From the NCBI GenBank assembly GCA_021432655.1, contig MU271541.1, positions 1-47,607 on the forward strand: a stretch of DNA of 47,607 nt, given 5' to 3'. Origin of the DNA: Atractiella rhizophila. Taxonomy: Eukaryota. The notes under the pieces were generated by a model. The model made no database searches, was not told where the DNA came from, and saw only the letters and a program-made list of their open reading frames with translations. Below, in pieces: positions 1 through 13,930 of the stretch; the first letter of the stretch is position 1; each line of letters starts with the position of its first letter. The translations under genes and the position numbers were made by a program.

Positions 1-1522
1 TGGATGGAGGAAGTCGGAACACCTTTCACAGCGCGTGCCAGGTGTGGTTGCACAGGTCTGACGCGCGTGGGAACTCGAGGATTGTCACGCTCTACTCTCC
101 GGCGGGACAATAACAACACGGGCTTTCGTGCGGAACGAGCAAGGGTTACAAAAGCCAGGGGGGTTCGGACGGAAGACTCTGACGATCAAAAGCGCTGGGG
201 AGTGACTTCAGGAGTGCAAATATCCCCAAGGGTAAGAGTAGGAAGGGGCGAAATTGAAACGGAACCGTACGTCTTTCCTCGAAGAAGTGGGGGATGAATG
301 AGCTCTCTTCTTTTCGCATTTGATGATGGAGCGATATATTGATGCTCGAGATTATGTATTCAAGAGAGGACATCAGTGATGTCCTTGAGGATATCACACA
401 TTGTGCCAGCCAGCGCAACGATGAGCAGATGAAGCAAGCGAGCAGTCGTCGTGCGTTCTTCACACGCTCTGATTCCCCCCTCTTCCGCTTTTGCATACCC
501 ACTTTGGGTCACGCACTTCCACAGCACAGCAGGCTCACCACATGTATCCACAAGAGAAACTACATCTCGCTTTGTTGCATGACATCACCCCGCCGCTTCG
601 ACCATCCTGTACACTACCTTGCCCTGCCCGAGCTGAATCAAATGATTCTGCTCCACTAACACATAGCATGCACTTCAGGCGATCGAGGAGTCTCTTCCTT
701 TCATCCCGCATCTTTTGTAATCAGCTGTGCAGGTCATCGATTCTGTGTGTCTACATGACAGCTTTTTGAGGATGAGAGCTGGCTTCCTGTGATGTTCCGC
801 GACATTCGCAGAGTATGGGCAACGTGCTACATTAAACCTTTCTGCGATTAGTTCTGGCATCGGTCCAAAGGTAATTCGGCTTGAACGTTTCTTTGAGCCT
901 GTTACTTGATGCTCAAGGTAGACGGACAACTTAAACGGTCCGCTGGCGGTCTGCTTCCTTTGCACCTTCCTTTTTTATCGTATGAGTGTAGTGAAGGTGT
1001 TCAGTTCAACGTAGCAAAGTCTCGTCATGATCTTCCTCTCTAGAGGGAACGGGGATGGACAGGTCGGCATGGCCGGACCAAGCTGTTCTTCTGCATGCGG
1101 CCTTTTATGTGCAGCATAGCTTTGATTTACACTTCAGTTCCCTGCAAACTACCCTTCTGTTGTTTGACTGGTGGTCGCCCAGGACGGCGCTTTCAGCTGT
1201 GCCCTTGACTAAGTAGATTGCAGAGGTAGCATTGTAGGGAGCTAGATTCCTTGATAACTGCGGTAATGGTGTTCATTTATTGTTCTTTTGAACGGAAGTC
1301 TATTGTTTCTCTGGATCTCAATGCTTTTCTCAGGGTTTCAAGTCCTTGAACATGAAGGCATCCACTCATATGAACAGTGAACAAGGACATTAAACATCCC
1401 CTCATGACTACACTTCGCACACGAGATTGAATACATCTTTAAAGACCAGCTGTGTTCCTGTACGAGGACGTCCAATGACTTGGCTTTTAGATCACTTCGA
1501 GTAAAACACTTTACACCCCACA

Positions 1523-4500
1523 ATGGACAACGTTACCCCGGCCTCTTTTCTTCCTCCTCCTCATACCTCTCCACTTCCTTCAGCCGAGATGCCACCAGCC
1601 GTAGCCCCTGGATCCCCTGCACCACGTTCGATGTCTGAGTCTCGGCTCAGGAAACCATCATCCCAACTCTTCTCATGGTCAAGGCTCACAGGCCAAACTA
1701 GTTCCCCGACGCTTCCTCAAAGTCCTAATTCACAACGGCCATCAGTTAGTCCGCAACCACGTCCACACCCAATGTCCCCTCAAACGCGTCCACTGTCGAT
1801 GGCGCCGCCACCTCACCCTCCGCCAACAATGCCGCCTTCAACTACAGCCACTGAACAACAACGAGATGAAGAGCGCCGTCGGTTGTCCATGGAAAAGGCC
1901 GCTCGACAAGCCGAACAGGATTTAGAGGAGGCGATTCGACGAAGCAAATTGGACGCAGAGGCGGAGAGGGACTATGAGCTGATTTTGCACCAGTCGAAGG
2001 AGCAGTTTGAGGCGGACGAAGCGTTGAAGAGGAGCGAAGCTGAGGCCGAGAAACGTTACGAGGCTATCCTGCGTCAGTCGAAGGAACAGTTTGAGGCGGA
2101 ACAAGCTTCGATGAGGAGAGAGGCGGAGGCGGAGGAGGCGGTTCTGATGCAGGCGTTGCAGTTGAGTGCGGAGGAGATGCAGGAATATCAGGCGAATTCG
2201 AGGGTTCAGAAGAATAGGGATCGAGAGAGGGAAGAGATGGAGTTGGCGATGGCATTGAGTAGATATCTATTCTTTTGCTGATGACGAACTCACATGGATA
2301 TCGTAGGCATGCAAGAAAATTATGCGAGACGAATGGCGACAGTGAGACGACCGCCTCAAACGAATGGAGCGAGCACCAGTGCATTGAGAATCACCAACCA
2401 CGATCCCCAGCCTTCAACTTCGCGAGCTCAGACCCGCCGTCGTCCGAGTCGACAGCCGCGACCAGCTTCGGTTGTTGGTTCGGATATTGAAGAGGGAAAC
2501 GAGCCCCCTCCTCCTCCTTATTCCGAGTACGAGGAACCCTCAGGACAACAAAGCCAGTTGGTCCAGAGTCCCGTCGACGGTTCCTCAACATACCAAAGTT
2601 TCGCGATACCCACATCCGAGCCTGAACCCCAGCTTGAAGAGGAGGAAACCCCGAGACCAGTTCCTCCTCAACCGCTGACGGAAATACCAACAGCTTTCGG
2701 CCCACCAGAAGAGCAACCAACGTTTTTTACCTCCGCGCCCATCACGCATCGGCGCACGACATCTTCTTATCGCTCAGCCCACGACCTCGTTAGGCAAAGT
2801 CTGGATAACCTGCAAGCAAACCCCCCACATCGCCCGTCGATGCCTCCCTCGACAAGTGTAGGGCACCCTCACCCGTCCACAATCGCCACGTCGAAAGGTG
2901 AAGGATCAGAAGCAGATGAGGACGTGAATTCCTTTTCAATCAGACGTCGGCCACCAGCAGCAACCCAAACGCCTGATCTTCCGACACCTCCTCGACGCCA
3001 GCCTATTGCAACCATGTATGACAGAGTTTCACCAGCACACGCAATATCGCCAGTGATGCAGCGCCCTGTCATGACTATGTATGAGACTTCGCCCAACAAC
3101 ATTCCCACAGCTCTTGTGGCCGAGCCAGTCCAATCTTCATCCACTCAAATGTCCTCTTTGTCCTCTCTCTCCAAGCGCATCCCTCCGAAACCACCCAGTC
3201 GGAAGTCCAAACCGTCCCTTGGACCGCCCCCTCCCATTCCACCGAAACACAAAAAGCCTCCCAGCAGACCGCTTCCTATGGACCCCGAGACGGAACAGGA
3301 GGCTACGATTCCAGAGGCCAGCCCAGAGATACCCCCGAAGATCGAGCACGACGCAGAGCCTGATCCATTTGGTGATGAGATGGAGGTGGACAGAGGGAGT
3401 TTGTTGGTACACACTGGTAGCAAAGGGAAAGGGAGAGAGTCTGATCTGGATGTCGATGCGTCCTCGTTAGGCCATGGGGATAGTAGGTCGCCGAGAGAAC
3501 AGGGTGATATTCAGGAGTCTTCGCGGGCATCAAGCTCAGAACTCTTGCAACCCGTTCATGACGCTGATTCGCCCAGAACATCGCTCGAAACAACGCGAAG
3601 GTCACGCAGTTCTCTCTCGGTAACATCTTCGAGCCGAGCTTCTCTCATTCCTGACCTGGTCGTTTCCCCATCCAAACCGACCACTACTCTTCCCCCCATC
3701 GTAACTTCCGATATTTCCCCTCCATCTCGACACTCTCTAGTTGTGCTCTCTCCTGCTGATGCACCTGTTGCGGGAGAAGAGATATTACGAGGCGTCAGAT
3801 TTGGCTATTCTGGCAAAGACGAGGGGGAGGGCCAATTCGACGGGAGAGGGAGTCTACCTAGTGTTGTTCCCTTGTCATTTCTGGAGAAGAACACGGATTC
3901 ATTCTGCATTGAATCACGTAGCTGGTCCGTCATTTTACGATACTTGATGTGGTATGGGAACACGAGGATCGAACCCACTCCACACGATATCGCGTTCGTC
4001 GAGTCGGAGGATCCCCTGCGCGTTCAGATCCATGTGATTTTCTGGAGGACGGTCAGGGGAACAACTAGGGTGCGGATTCGAATCTCCCTCCTTCCAGTTG
4101 CTGGACTGTCTCCTCCAAATTCGCAACCGCTCCAACCTCTTCCTCACTCTCCACGCATCCTCCAATCGTTCTATCCGTCCTCCTCCTCTTCCTCCCCCCT
4201 CCCGATCCATGTTATAATTCCAAATACCGAACCACTTCCCCTCAATGCTGGCGAGCTTGCACAGAAACTGTTCATGATTGGACGTGTTGCCAGATTGACT
4301 TGCTCTGGCAGTTCGAGAAACCATTCTACGAACGGAAAGGTGCTGAAGGAGTTGGCTACTGGAATGGAAATTGTGCGAAAGGAAAATCAGGAGCCGGAAG
4401 GAGATGGACATGAACCCGGGTTGTTCGACAGGTTGCGAAAAAGAGTGAAGGGCAAAGAGAAGAATAAAGAAGAACCCAGACCGTTGGCAGAGCAAGCAGC

Positions 4501-4594
4501 GCTAATTACGCCTTTTGATGTCGATGCCTATGAAGAACCGAAGGATAGGGAGGACAATAGGAGGATATCTCAGGATTGGGAAGTTGTAGGTTAG
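1523..4594 (+). CDS. UIM (ubiquitin-interacting motif) repeat, proline-rich protein (~1007 aa); putative ubiquitin/endocytic adaptor
   Basis: ORFs 1523-2281 and 2294-4594 are in the same frame. They are joined by a 48-nt GT..AG intron (2259-2306) that gives EMELAMALS|MQE. UIM-like motifs (LEEAIRRS, VLMQALQLS, MELAMALS), PPPPY, PxxP and DPF motifs are present, followed by a globular C-terminal region. Confidence 0.8.
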
Positions 4595-4918
4595 GCTCTC
4601 ATTACCTTGGCTTGGAACAGCATGAACGTTTGTACTCTTACGACAGTAATCCGTCTACAAACTTGATTTAGTGTATGAGCAGACCTTTGTGTGTATCATT
4701 ATGTGACCTTGAAAATGTTGATATCTTATATTTTCGTTGACCCCAGTCTTCCGCGATTTGTTGCACACTGCTTTGCAGAGGTGAACGAAGCAAGAGGACA
4801 AAGTTATCACACTGTTACGACGAAAAGAAGGAAGCACAAACGGTCCAGAAAAGAACATAATGATAATAAAACACAGGTTTCACAGAAGCTCTTTGCTTCT
4901 TCAACTCCAACGATTAAA

Positions 4919-7318
4919 TCAACGGACAATAGCTATTCCCAAAGTCTCTCTTTTTTGGTGATACGTCGCTTCTTCAGGTGTGAGCGGGAACGAGTCCATC
5001 TTCACTTTGGTTTGTCTTTCTCTCCTTTCCTGTTCTTCCTCCACAGGGATGACATTAACGATGACAGGGACCGACTCCATCTTTGTCGTCGTTCGTAGGG
5101 TCGAGTTTCGCTTATTCGACGCTGTGGCCATTCCAGATCCTCTCCTGCTACCCCTTCCCGAGAACGCCGTAGCTATCGGAACACGTCCACTCCCACGACT
5201 CCCGCTACTTCTGCTACTGTGCGCACTCGATTTACTCGACTTGCTACTGGCCAAGCTCGCGCTTCGTTTAGGTGACGCGCCATCGCCCAGATTTATACTG
5301 ATAAACTTGTCTTGAGTCGGCGTCGTCTGGCCCGCTTCTTCCTCGCTAATATCCTCTTCTCGACCACCCCTTGTTATATTCCCATTGCTAGCGCTCGATC
5401 CAGGTGGAGGAGGGAAGTAGATAGGTTTGTTCAACAACGTGCGATAAGGATTGTACACTTGCTCCGGAGACGCCACAAAAGCCTCAGCATACGTGGGTCC
5501 TTCTTCCCGTGCGAGTTCGGTAAAGATATTACTTCCACCGGATGAGAATTTGGAGGAGATTTGCGAGGGGTTAGCACGATGGCGGCTTATGAAAGGGACC
5601 TGAGGTTTTGCGTTTGGAGGAGGCGTGAGAGGAGCTTGAAGGGCTTGGAAGGATTGAACACGATGTCCAGCTCGCTGTATCACCACTGCTTGACGAGCCG
5701 AACTAACGTTCGAAGTGGTGGGAGTGGTCATCGTGCTGTCTGAAGCTGAAGTGAGCGAACCAAGAGAGAGGGGACGAGAAGAGTCGTCCATGACTATGAA
5801 CGATGCGTCGGGTACACTCGGCAAAGGCGTGGAAGGCTCGTCCATGGTTTTACTGAACGGACCTTTGAAGCTCTTGAGACTTCCTGTCCGCAGTCTCACC
5901 CTCTGCCCCTTCGACACCTTCCTCACCACACTAGTCGCGTCGCTCTCCATAGCCGACTGTCGACTATCCACCAAGTGCAGTTCGTTCAGCGTCCTCGGTG
6001 TATCTGGTGGGGAGGAGAAGCGAAGAAAGTTCCCGTTGGTTGCGCTCTTCGGGACTTGAAGTGTCTCTCGGGCATCAGGGGCGGGGGTATCGCTGAGGTA
6101 TTGCCAGGAGCCGGTACGGTCCGTGCGAACGCTGTACCGCACTGGGCTACGGAGGGTCGCTGATAATCCTCCCCATGATGTAACACGTCCGACTCCCTGG
6201 AATTGGATCTGTGGTACCCTCGCCGCCCCAGCTAGGGTTGTTTGGACGAATGATGCTGGCGTCGATGGACGGGCCAGATGGATGCTGACCGGCGTGAGCT
6301 TCTCCTCCATGGCTTCAAGGTCTGCAGGATCACGCTGAGGTTTATTCCTGCTCGCTCTCCTTAGCACAACAAGATCATAAGTTAGCATGGTACGAGACAT
6401 ACCGCCGAATGGACCCAAAGCAAAACGCAAAGTAAGCAACAAGAAACAGACTCTTTCTGGTGTAAATCAGCGCCTTAGAAGGGTCTATGTAACCCGTTCC
6501 AGCATGTACTGATGCGACCAAACAAGCTAGGGCGACGATAGCCAAATCGGTCTTCTCACTCTTCTGCTTCCATCCCACCTTCGCACACAGGACGAGCAGG
6601 ATAGCCAAGTCTCCAATAGCTACCGCTAGCAGGCCTCTGGTCGTCCTCACGAACACCCTGGAATCCGACACAGATCGGAAGCCAACGAAAATGTTTCCTG
6701 TATTTGAGGCAATGTAAACGACCAGAGAAATGTTGATGATGCATAGGATAGAGATGACGAGAAGGGAGAGGGAGAGAATCGTAAGAATCGTTAAACGGAC
6801 AAGGCGAGAAGAGATGGCGAGTAGTCGACGGCAGATGAGGGTTACGTAGAGTAGGAAGAGGATGAGGGAGGACATGGCAAGGGAGCCGTCAATTCGGTCG
6901 AGGAGGTAGAAAGAGCCGAACATGCTGGAGTTAAACCGACCAGCTAGTACCATCCCAGCATATCTTAACATCCATCACAGTTCTCACAACGCCGAGCGAG
7001 TGCACATACCGGAATCGATGCCGTTTGCTACAAGTTGCAGCACCCCAGCAGCAGGTAAAAACCATTCAAAGCTCTTCCTAAATCCAAGCCTCCGAATCAA
7101 CACTAAAGTTGTCACGAGACCTCCAAACGCTTGGAGAGTGACGATGGATAGCAGGACGGCAAGAGTCGTCCTGTCAAGTCCATTACATCCGACGTCGAAG
7201 AAAACTACACGACGCAGCCATACCATCCTCAACAAGCCATTCCCATCCTCACTTCATGACTAAGAAAAGAGATCACATACCCGAAGTGCAAAAAGGCCTC
7301 GACATCTGCCACAGACAT
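4919..7318 (-). CDS. Multi-pass (about 6-7 TM) membrane protein with long Ser/Pro-rich C-terminal tail, function unknown
   Basis: ATG at 7318 (MSVADVEAFLHFG); first intron 7280-7171 (GTATGT..CAG). Hydrophobic segments lie in ORFs 6984-7235 and 6375-6971, and the low-complexity tail in ORF 4919-6442. Confidence 0.7.
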
Positions 7319-7774
7319 TGGTTGGGCTTAGGAGATGGGACGTTGGAGTGGGTGCGAAGGAGCGAATGTAAAGAGTGGACCAGCCGGGGACCAGCCTGTT
7401 GAAGTGAAAGTCGAAGAAATGAGCCTGAAATGAGCCTCAAGTGATGCCCTCAATTGAACAGGACCGTCCTGCTTCGTCGTCGTGAGGATCTGAATCCATC
7501 GTTTCAACTTTAGTCACGTGTTCATTAAATCTTAATTTAATCCCAAAGTTATTCTTCAACCAACTCCGCTTTATAGTGAGTTCACGCGTCCCACCTTTGG
7601 TTCATCTGCCTCGCAGTATGTGGCTGCAAACAGCATGTAATATAGGTAACAGAGATACAATGCAAATGCGGATGGCAACAAGATTAACGCGGGAGCCACT
7701 TCCCCCGCAAGAAAGAAACCAACCCAACAAACCCTTACAATAACTTCAATGCTTAGGCGCTCATGCCAGCAAGC

Positions 7775-10585
7775 TTAAGCTTTCTCTGCTTTCTCATCGG
7801 TCCTCAAATCCTCCACCTCCTGCTTCCCATTCCTATCCACCTTTTGCGCCGCCCTACGGGGCTTTCGAATGCTGAAGTGATGACGGATGCTCCGACCTTT
7901 GAGCTGGAGGAATGGCACACTGCGAAGATTGTCAGTACCACGTGCGACGAGCATGCAGAGGCAGTAGACGCACATCAAGAAAAACAAGCCAGCTACGACG
8001 GCAGCCTCAACTCCATACGTTTGCACCGCGCCTGGGAGACTAACTCAGCAACAGGTAGTTCAGAGAGCTAAAACGAACCATTCTTCTCAGCCCACTGTGT
8101 CTGAAAGTAGGGAACAGAGAATCCTCCCATCGTTCTCCAGAAGTTGATCATTGCGCTGACCTCTGCACCGTGACGATCACGTGAGCAAGTTGACAGGAAG
8201 ATAAAAAAGACCCACCGCCGTTGTAGTCTGGAAAAGCATTGTTGAGATAGGCATAAATACAGACTGTAGAAATCATGATAGACGATTCTGCTACCTGATA
8301 ACAAAACCGATTAATAAAGCAGTGGAATAGCATTGGAAATGCACTCACTATCCAACCAACGACAAGTCCTCCGACGTTGAGTTTGTATTCGAAGCATTCT
8401 ACTCACTTCTCAGAAAGGCTCCTCCCAATAGGACAATTTAACGCACCTCCTATCGTAATGAACCCGCCGATAAACAATGGAAGAGCGAAATAAAGTGTCC
8501 AGAGCCTACAATCGCTCGAAAAGTCAGAATGTCAGTTTCAAAGGTGGGGCTGTACTTGCCTCATTTCAGCCTCAAACACGCCATGATTCCGCTTGATCTG
8601 ATAGTTGGCAATAAAGTCGTTCAGGTAGTGTCCCAAAATCTCTCCTACTATCACACCGACGACAGGAGAGAAGTAGGTGCCAGCAATTTGATCCCCGGTC
8701 AGACCGTAGCCAGCGGCTGCGCAAGCAAAATTTTCAGAAGAGCAAGATGTAAACAAGAAGAGAACAAACGGGGAGGAGGGAGAAGGAACACCACTTGGGT
8801 GACATTGACTCCGATACCTGAAGGTGGAGTTCTATCACGTGACTATTTAAATAAATAATAGGTACGAACCGAACCCGAATACTAGAGGCACAAACCGTCA
8901 GCCTATATTCACAATGACTCCAAAGGGGATCTTACCAGCCAGGATGTAAATGCTCGGTAGGAGAGCTTGCGGACGCCAAAACACGTTTATGACATCAAAT
9001 ATCACGTGTCCCCAAGAAGGTCGATACTGAGACATCTTAACTCCAGTGATACCCAACAGGTCTTCAATTCTCCTTCTCAGACCAGTCGTGGTCGGGCGAG
9101 GGATGGGGTGGACGTGTCGATCGAACATGCTGTGTTGCCTCAGCTTAAGAATGGAAGAATGAAAGAGACCTACGTCTCTCGCGCTTGAAAGGTTATGAGA
9201 AAAAGGATAAGTCCGTCGAAGATGCATCCTACACCATCTTCAGGCAAACCAGTTGAGCTATCCTCACACTCGAACACATGGAAGCACTCACAGACCCATC
9301 TCCAGCCAGTCCTGTCAACCATGAAACCAAGCAGTGATGGGCCTATGAAAGGCGAAATAATGAACCCCACTGCGCACAAACTCAGCACTCAAACTTCGCA
9401 AGCCTCCAGAAACGGAACGCACTATTCCATAGGTTGATCTTTCTTGCTTGTTCATGAAAAGGGAACATGTCGCAGATGCTAATAAAGCATTAAGCGTAAG
9501 ATAGACATCGATAAAGACGCTCTCACGCATATAGCCCTGTCACCTTTGCAAATGTGTCAATGCTGGTCAATTAAGAAGTATTCAACATACCTGTGGAGCG
9601 GTCTGGAATGAAGCTTGTAGAATCCTGCAAGCTGCGAAGGTCTTAAGATTGGGAGCAACCGTACAGCCGATGGTGAAGCTAGCATTTGTTCAACGGAGGG
9701 TTGCAGGCGTACAACGATGTGACATACCCTAATCCAAAAAGCTGACTCCAGAACAGGACGGGAAGGCGTCCATAGCGTTTGACGAAGAGAATGACGACCA
9801 AACTCATCGTCCCAAGCTGGAAAATTGACCTGCCACGATTGGGAACGGTCAAGACAGTAAAGAGGTCAAATGATTGAAACGAACCAATTTGATGTCAGAG
9901 TATTTACGTGGGTGACAGAAGTGTGGTATTGTTGTGCCAGAGGGAACAGAGATGCGATTCCTGCAGTAATGAGCTTAGTATTGGAAAACATGGCAGGAGT
10001 TTGAAGAAGTACCCAAAGATGAATTGAAATCAGGCACAAAAGCCGCCAGTGTAATGACTATTAGGTTGTCAGGGACCGAAGTCTTAGCCTCAAAGAACGA
10101 AAGGGAGACGCACTCAAAAGTTGCCAGTTCTTCTTAGACCTGCTCCACTGACCAAACTGTCAGGAACGGTAGTTAAATTAAAACAGAGACAAACGTTTTG
10201 AGGATCGTCTTCAAACCTCGTTGGTTGCGGCCAAAGGATAAATTTGCCGTCTTTGCTGAGCTTGAGCCTGGATGCAACGTCTTCCCCATACTCGACCTAA
10301 TAACGCGTATTTCTTCGTCAGCTTACCGCGCTCCACATCAATTACGGAGAGTGAACGTGCCTTTGCCTCTTCAGGGTCCACCACCAACCTTCCGTCATCA
10401 CCTGAGAACCCATGAATCTCTGCCAACTCGGCAAAGTTGATGTCCTCGTCATCCACCAGCGCTCGCTTGCCACTCAGCGTCGGATTCTTCCCTACTGCAC
10501 TGCCTATATTCTCCCCATTCGAATTGGATGTCGGTAACGAAGAATCGTCTCCCAATCGTTCTTGCTTCTCATCGTGCGTCGACAT
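7775..10585 (-). CDS. MFS transporter (DHA1/HOL1-like), multi-exon, paralog A
   Basis: Spliced fragments read WPQPTRFEDDPQN, VKRYGRLPVLFWSQ, SPFIGPSLLGFMVDRTGWRW, ETMFDRHVHP, HGVFEAEMRLW and AEVSAMINFWRTMGGF. Many ~50-nt introns; collinear with the gene at 20696-23633. Confidence 0.9.
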
Positions 10586-10666
10586 GGTCGCGTTTCTGTG
10601 GCTGGCTCAGGTGTGCAAGGATTCAGGAAACAGAGTCGCGCCGTCTCGTCTGGGGCCCCACTGTTC

Positions 10667-10675
10667 CTTTTTATA
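10667..10675 (-). promoter_or_regulatory. Putative TATA box of MFS paralog A
   Basis: TATAAAAAG on the minus strand ~85 nt upstream of the ATG at 10585. Confidence 0.45.
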
Positions 10676-11432
10676 GGATGCATGTTTGTTCTGGCGAAGA
10701 TCAGCGCGCAAGGAACAACTTTTTGGCTGAGTTCTTTGACGAGCTAAATAAAGGATCAGCAAGATCCAAGCCGATCAAACGTCATCCGAATTAGGATCGG
10801 TTTCCGTACAGACTTCGATAAGCGCTGGGACTCGCATTTTTCGAGAAGTCTCTCCTCTGGTACCTCACAAACCTCAGGTGCTTCCAGTTTGGGATCTGAT
10901 CATGTCTCGGAGTCGTGGCTGGCATGTTCACAAGACCACTGCAATGGCACTGGTAAGCAACTTGAAGTGAGAAATTGGACCTGTAGAGTCGCCCCAGCGA
11001 TAAATGCATACAAGCGATTCAAACTGGATGTCTGGCAGAAAGAATCGTGATTGACGACGAAAATGAAAGGCTGCGTGGCGTTCAGCAGCTACCAAAATAA
11101 ATGCAAGCTCAAGATATCAAGCTGGATCAAAGATGCCCGCGGCGAGCGCTCGCCTATTGACTTGCTTCGTGAGCCTAGGATGGCGTTCTCTTTCTCCACG
11201 TCTCATCGGGCCCGCAGTCCAAAGTGGCTTACTTTTGACTACACGTGAAATCCCCAGCATATCTTACACCATGAAGGAGCCTCCATTAACTATCTGACAT
11301 TAGTAGAAAATAGCTCCAGTAGTCGTAACAGAATGCGACAGAAATACGAAGAAAGGAAATCAGTGATAGGTGACAAGCGAGTTACCATGATTGGATTGGA
11401 TCGTCAGGTGCATACAAGCGAAGTTCCATAAC

Positions 11433-12811
11433 TCATGCCTGAATAGAGACGCCCGTAAGGCCTTGAAGCTCCTGGGGGTAGTCACTAGCTGTGTAGTTGA
11501 TAGATTTGAGATATCCGGCCAAGGATTGCATGAACAATTCCTCCTTCGTGACCTAAGGGTGAAACAGTGAGCAATTATATTCTTCCAAGCTCTAACAAAT
11601 GAGGACTGAAGCTACTCACGTTCGAAATATCATAACTGCGATCGATGCCGCACATTTTGAGACAATCATCCGCTCCTGTAACCGGTTGTGTAAGCCTCTG
11701 GGGAACATTCTGAATAAACCTTTACCCAGGTTCACAGTATTTGGAATCTCAGCAGGGTCAAGCATGACAAGGCCGGATGCCCCAAAAGCAGCCTCGTAAG
11801 TCTCTTCATCGAAAGCGGCGTATGCTTGCGACACAAACAATGCTAATCAAAAGTATAGGTCAGCACGTGACAGATTGAAACAAAATGAAGGAATATTCGA
11901 AAGGGGCCTTCGAAAGAATGGTTAGACGTACCTCCGGGAGACTCGTCGTTAAAACCTGCTACAATGACTGTAGGTGTGCATCCCCCGTTCCTTCACGCTT
12001 GTCAGCTAATCTTGACAGCTAATAGAATCGCCCGGGTGCTTACTGCACGAAGTGGTAACTACCCTTAGGAAGCAGAGCTACCTGTCCTACAGCGGCTTTA
12101 CCCATAATGACTAATCGCTCGGTAAGCTCTCAACCCTTTCAACAATTAGAATGCTTACCTTCGCTGCCACCTTGAGGGATTGAGCCATAGATGAGGTCAG
12201 GTCCGACAATATTGATGAGAATTTCGGTAGCGCTAGAAGATCTGGATTGGCACAAGCATGAACGACTGAGAGTAAGATGGAGACGAACCGAGGATGGTTG
12301 TGCGGCGCAATCTTTTTATTAAGTCAGTCAAATACGACTTGGGACGGTGGAGCAGAGCTCACCATTCCACAAGGACCTAAAGTTCCCACCAACATAGCAG
12401 AGCCAGTCCCCACAACACCAGGCCACTGAGTATTATCAGCGAGTACCACGCCACCGTCCTTTCCGCCACCTGTTGCGCCGATCAATCCAAATTTTGTCAC
12501 AGAAGAGAAGGATTTAACAGACCAGCGAAGCTTGGTGCAGCAAAGAAATCGAAGGCCAAACCGTTGGCGCCTAAGATCTCGTATCTCTGATTATTGGTCG
12601 AAGCTGCATAGAGCTGCTTGACCTGATCTGCGATGGCATCCGCGCTCCAGGAAGCGGCAGTCGCCCCCTCATGTCCAGGTGCATGTCCACTTGTGTTCTG
12701 GTTGGAGGTAGAATTCAAGTCCGCCTGTACATGGTAGCTCTGCGAAAGTTGTGGAGCAGCAAACGCGAGCGGAAGCGCGAGGATGAGGTTCGTGAAAGAA
12801 TTGGAGAGCAT
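11433..12811 (-). CDS. Secreted germin-like/spherulin-type cupin, paralog 1
   Basis: Signal peptide MLSNSFTNLILALPLAFA. Spliced germin boxes GPCGM..APHNHPRATE and LPKGSYHF..GCTPTVIVAGFNDESPG. Stop at 11433. Confidence 0.85.
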
Positions 12812-12910
12812 ATTGTGTGGAATCGGACTGGCGGCAAGGAAGAGAGGAGAGAGACAGGGACGGAAAGAGAAGAGGGAAAAAGGGACAGGGGAAATTTCAA
12901 TACGTCTCTA

Positions 12911-12918
12911 TATTTATA
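12911..12918 (-). promoter_or_regulatory. Putative TATA box of cupin paralog 1
   Basis: TATAAATA on the minus strand, followed by a CT-rich leader, ~100 nt upstream of the ATG. Confidence 0.5.
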
Positions 12919-13930
12919 ACCGTGACGCTCTCAGCTCGGAAGGCATTAAAATTTGCAGTTCTAGTGTGTCCATCGACGCCAAAGGACCATCGCCTCGGAT
13001 GTAACAAACTGGTGCCGCTGTATGCGAAAAGTCATCTGGCCGTCACCTTCTGAGGCGGTCAGGCAGGGCTGTTCTGCACCTTGTTCCTGTTCCGGCTATC
13101 GGCGAAGCGATCTTGTGTGGCCTACATTGCGGCCTGTCGACGTTGTCGCTCGATCCACCAACTGAAAGCGTGGAGGTCACGTCAGGTCTTCATTCAAATG
13201 TTTAGATTAACCTGAAAACTTCGACCTTGCCAGAGTAAGGACTCTGCGTAAGACCCCGGACAAAGGAAACCTAGCGTACACGGCGAGGAATCGATGGTGC
13301 TCCTTCAACGGAACCTGCATGCCAGCACAGGTTTCGAACAGGCGAATGAGGGAGTGGAAGAAGCAGGAGCAATATTGCGGGCAGGATGGCTGCGTTGACC
13401 TGTTCCTGTTATTGTTCCTGTTCTAGATCTATCCCCTCTGTCAATCCTGGGTATGATCGGGGATATGATCTGGTCTAAGAGAGCTCTGCATCTCACCATT
13501 CGAAAATGCTCGAAATTGCCCATCGAACGGGTCCTGTTGCATTACATTCAGGACTGGCATTCTTGGAGTCCTTATTGTCACTTTTTCAAGTTCCAGCCCA
13601 CATTCGTGATCCAAATTTCACGAGCTAGCGTGAGGCTTTCATGTCTGGAAAGCCCTGTTTACAGGGCAATGTTTACAGACGCCGCAAGATGTTCAGCTAC
13701 GAGGCGATGCGGCTGTTCAGGTCGTTCCGAATTGCCAGCTGGGCTACTTCTTTGTTCTTGCCGCTGCGGGCACGTGACAATGGTCAATTGCCTATTACAA
13801 GCTACAGCCAGACTAATCATAGAGCCACTACTGGATTCACTGTATGATGTCTTCCATGGGGAAATGGCAAGCCTACGGGTATGAGAACCCAAAGTCTGAA
13901 TTTACTGCACAGCCATATCTGCAGATTCCT

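Noticed and set aside
1..1030. Several overlapping short ORFs on both strands
   Set aside because: No recognisable domain or consistent splice model; could be non-coding or a gene fragment.
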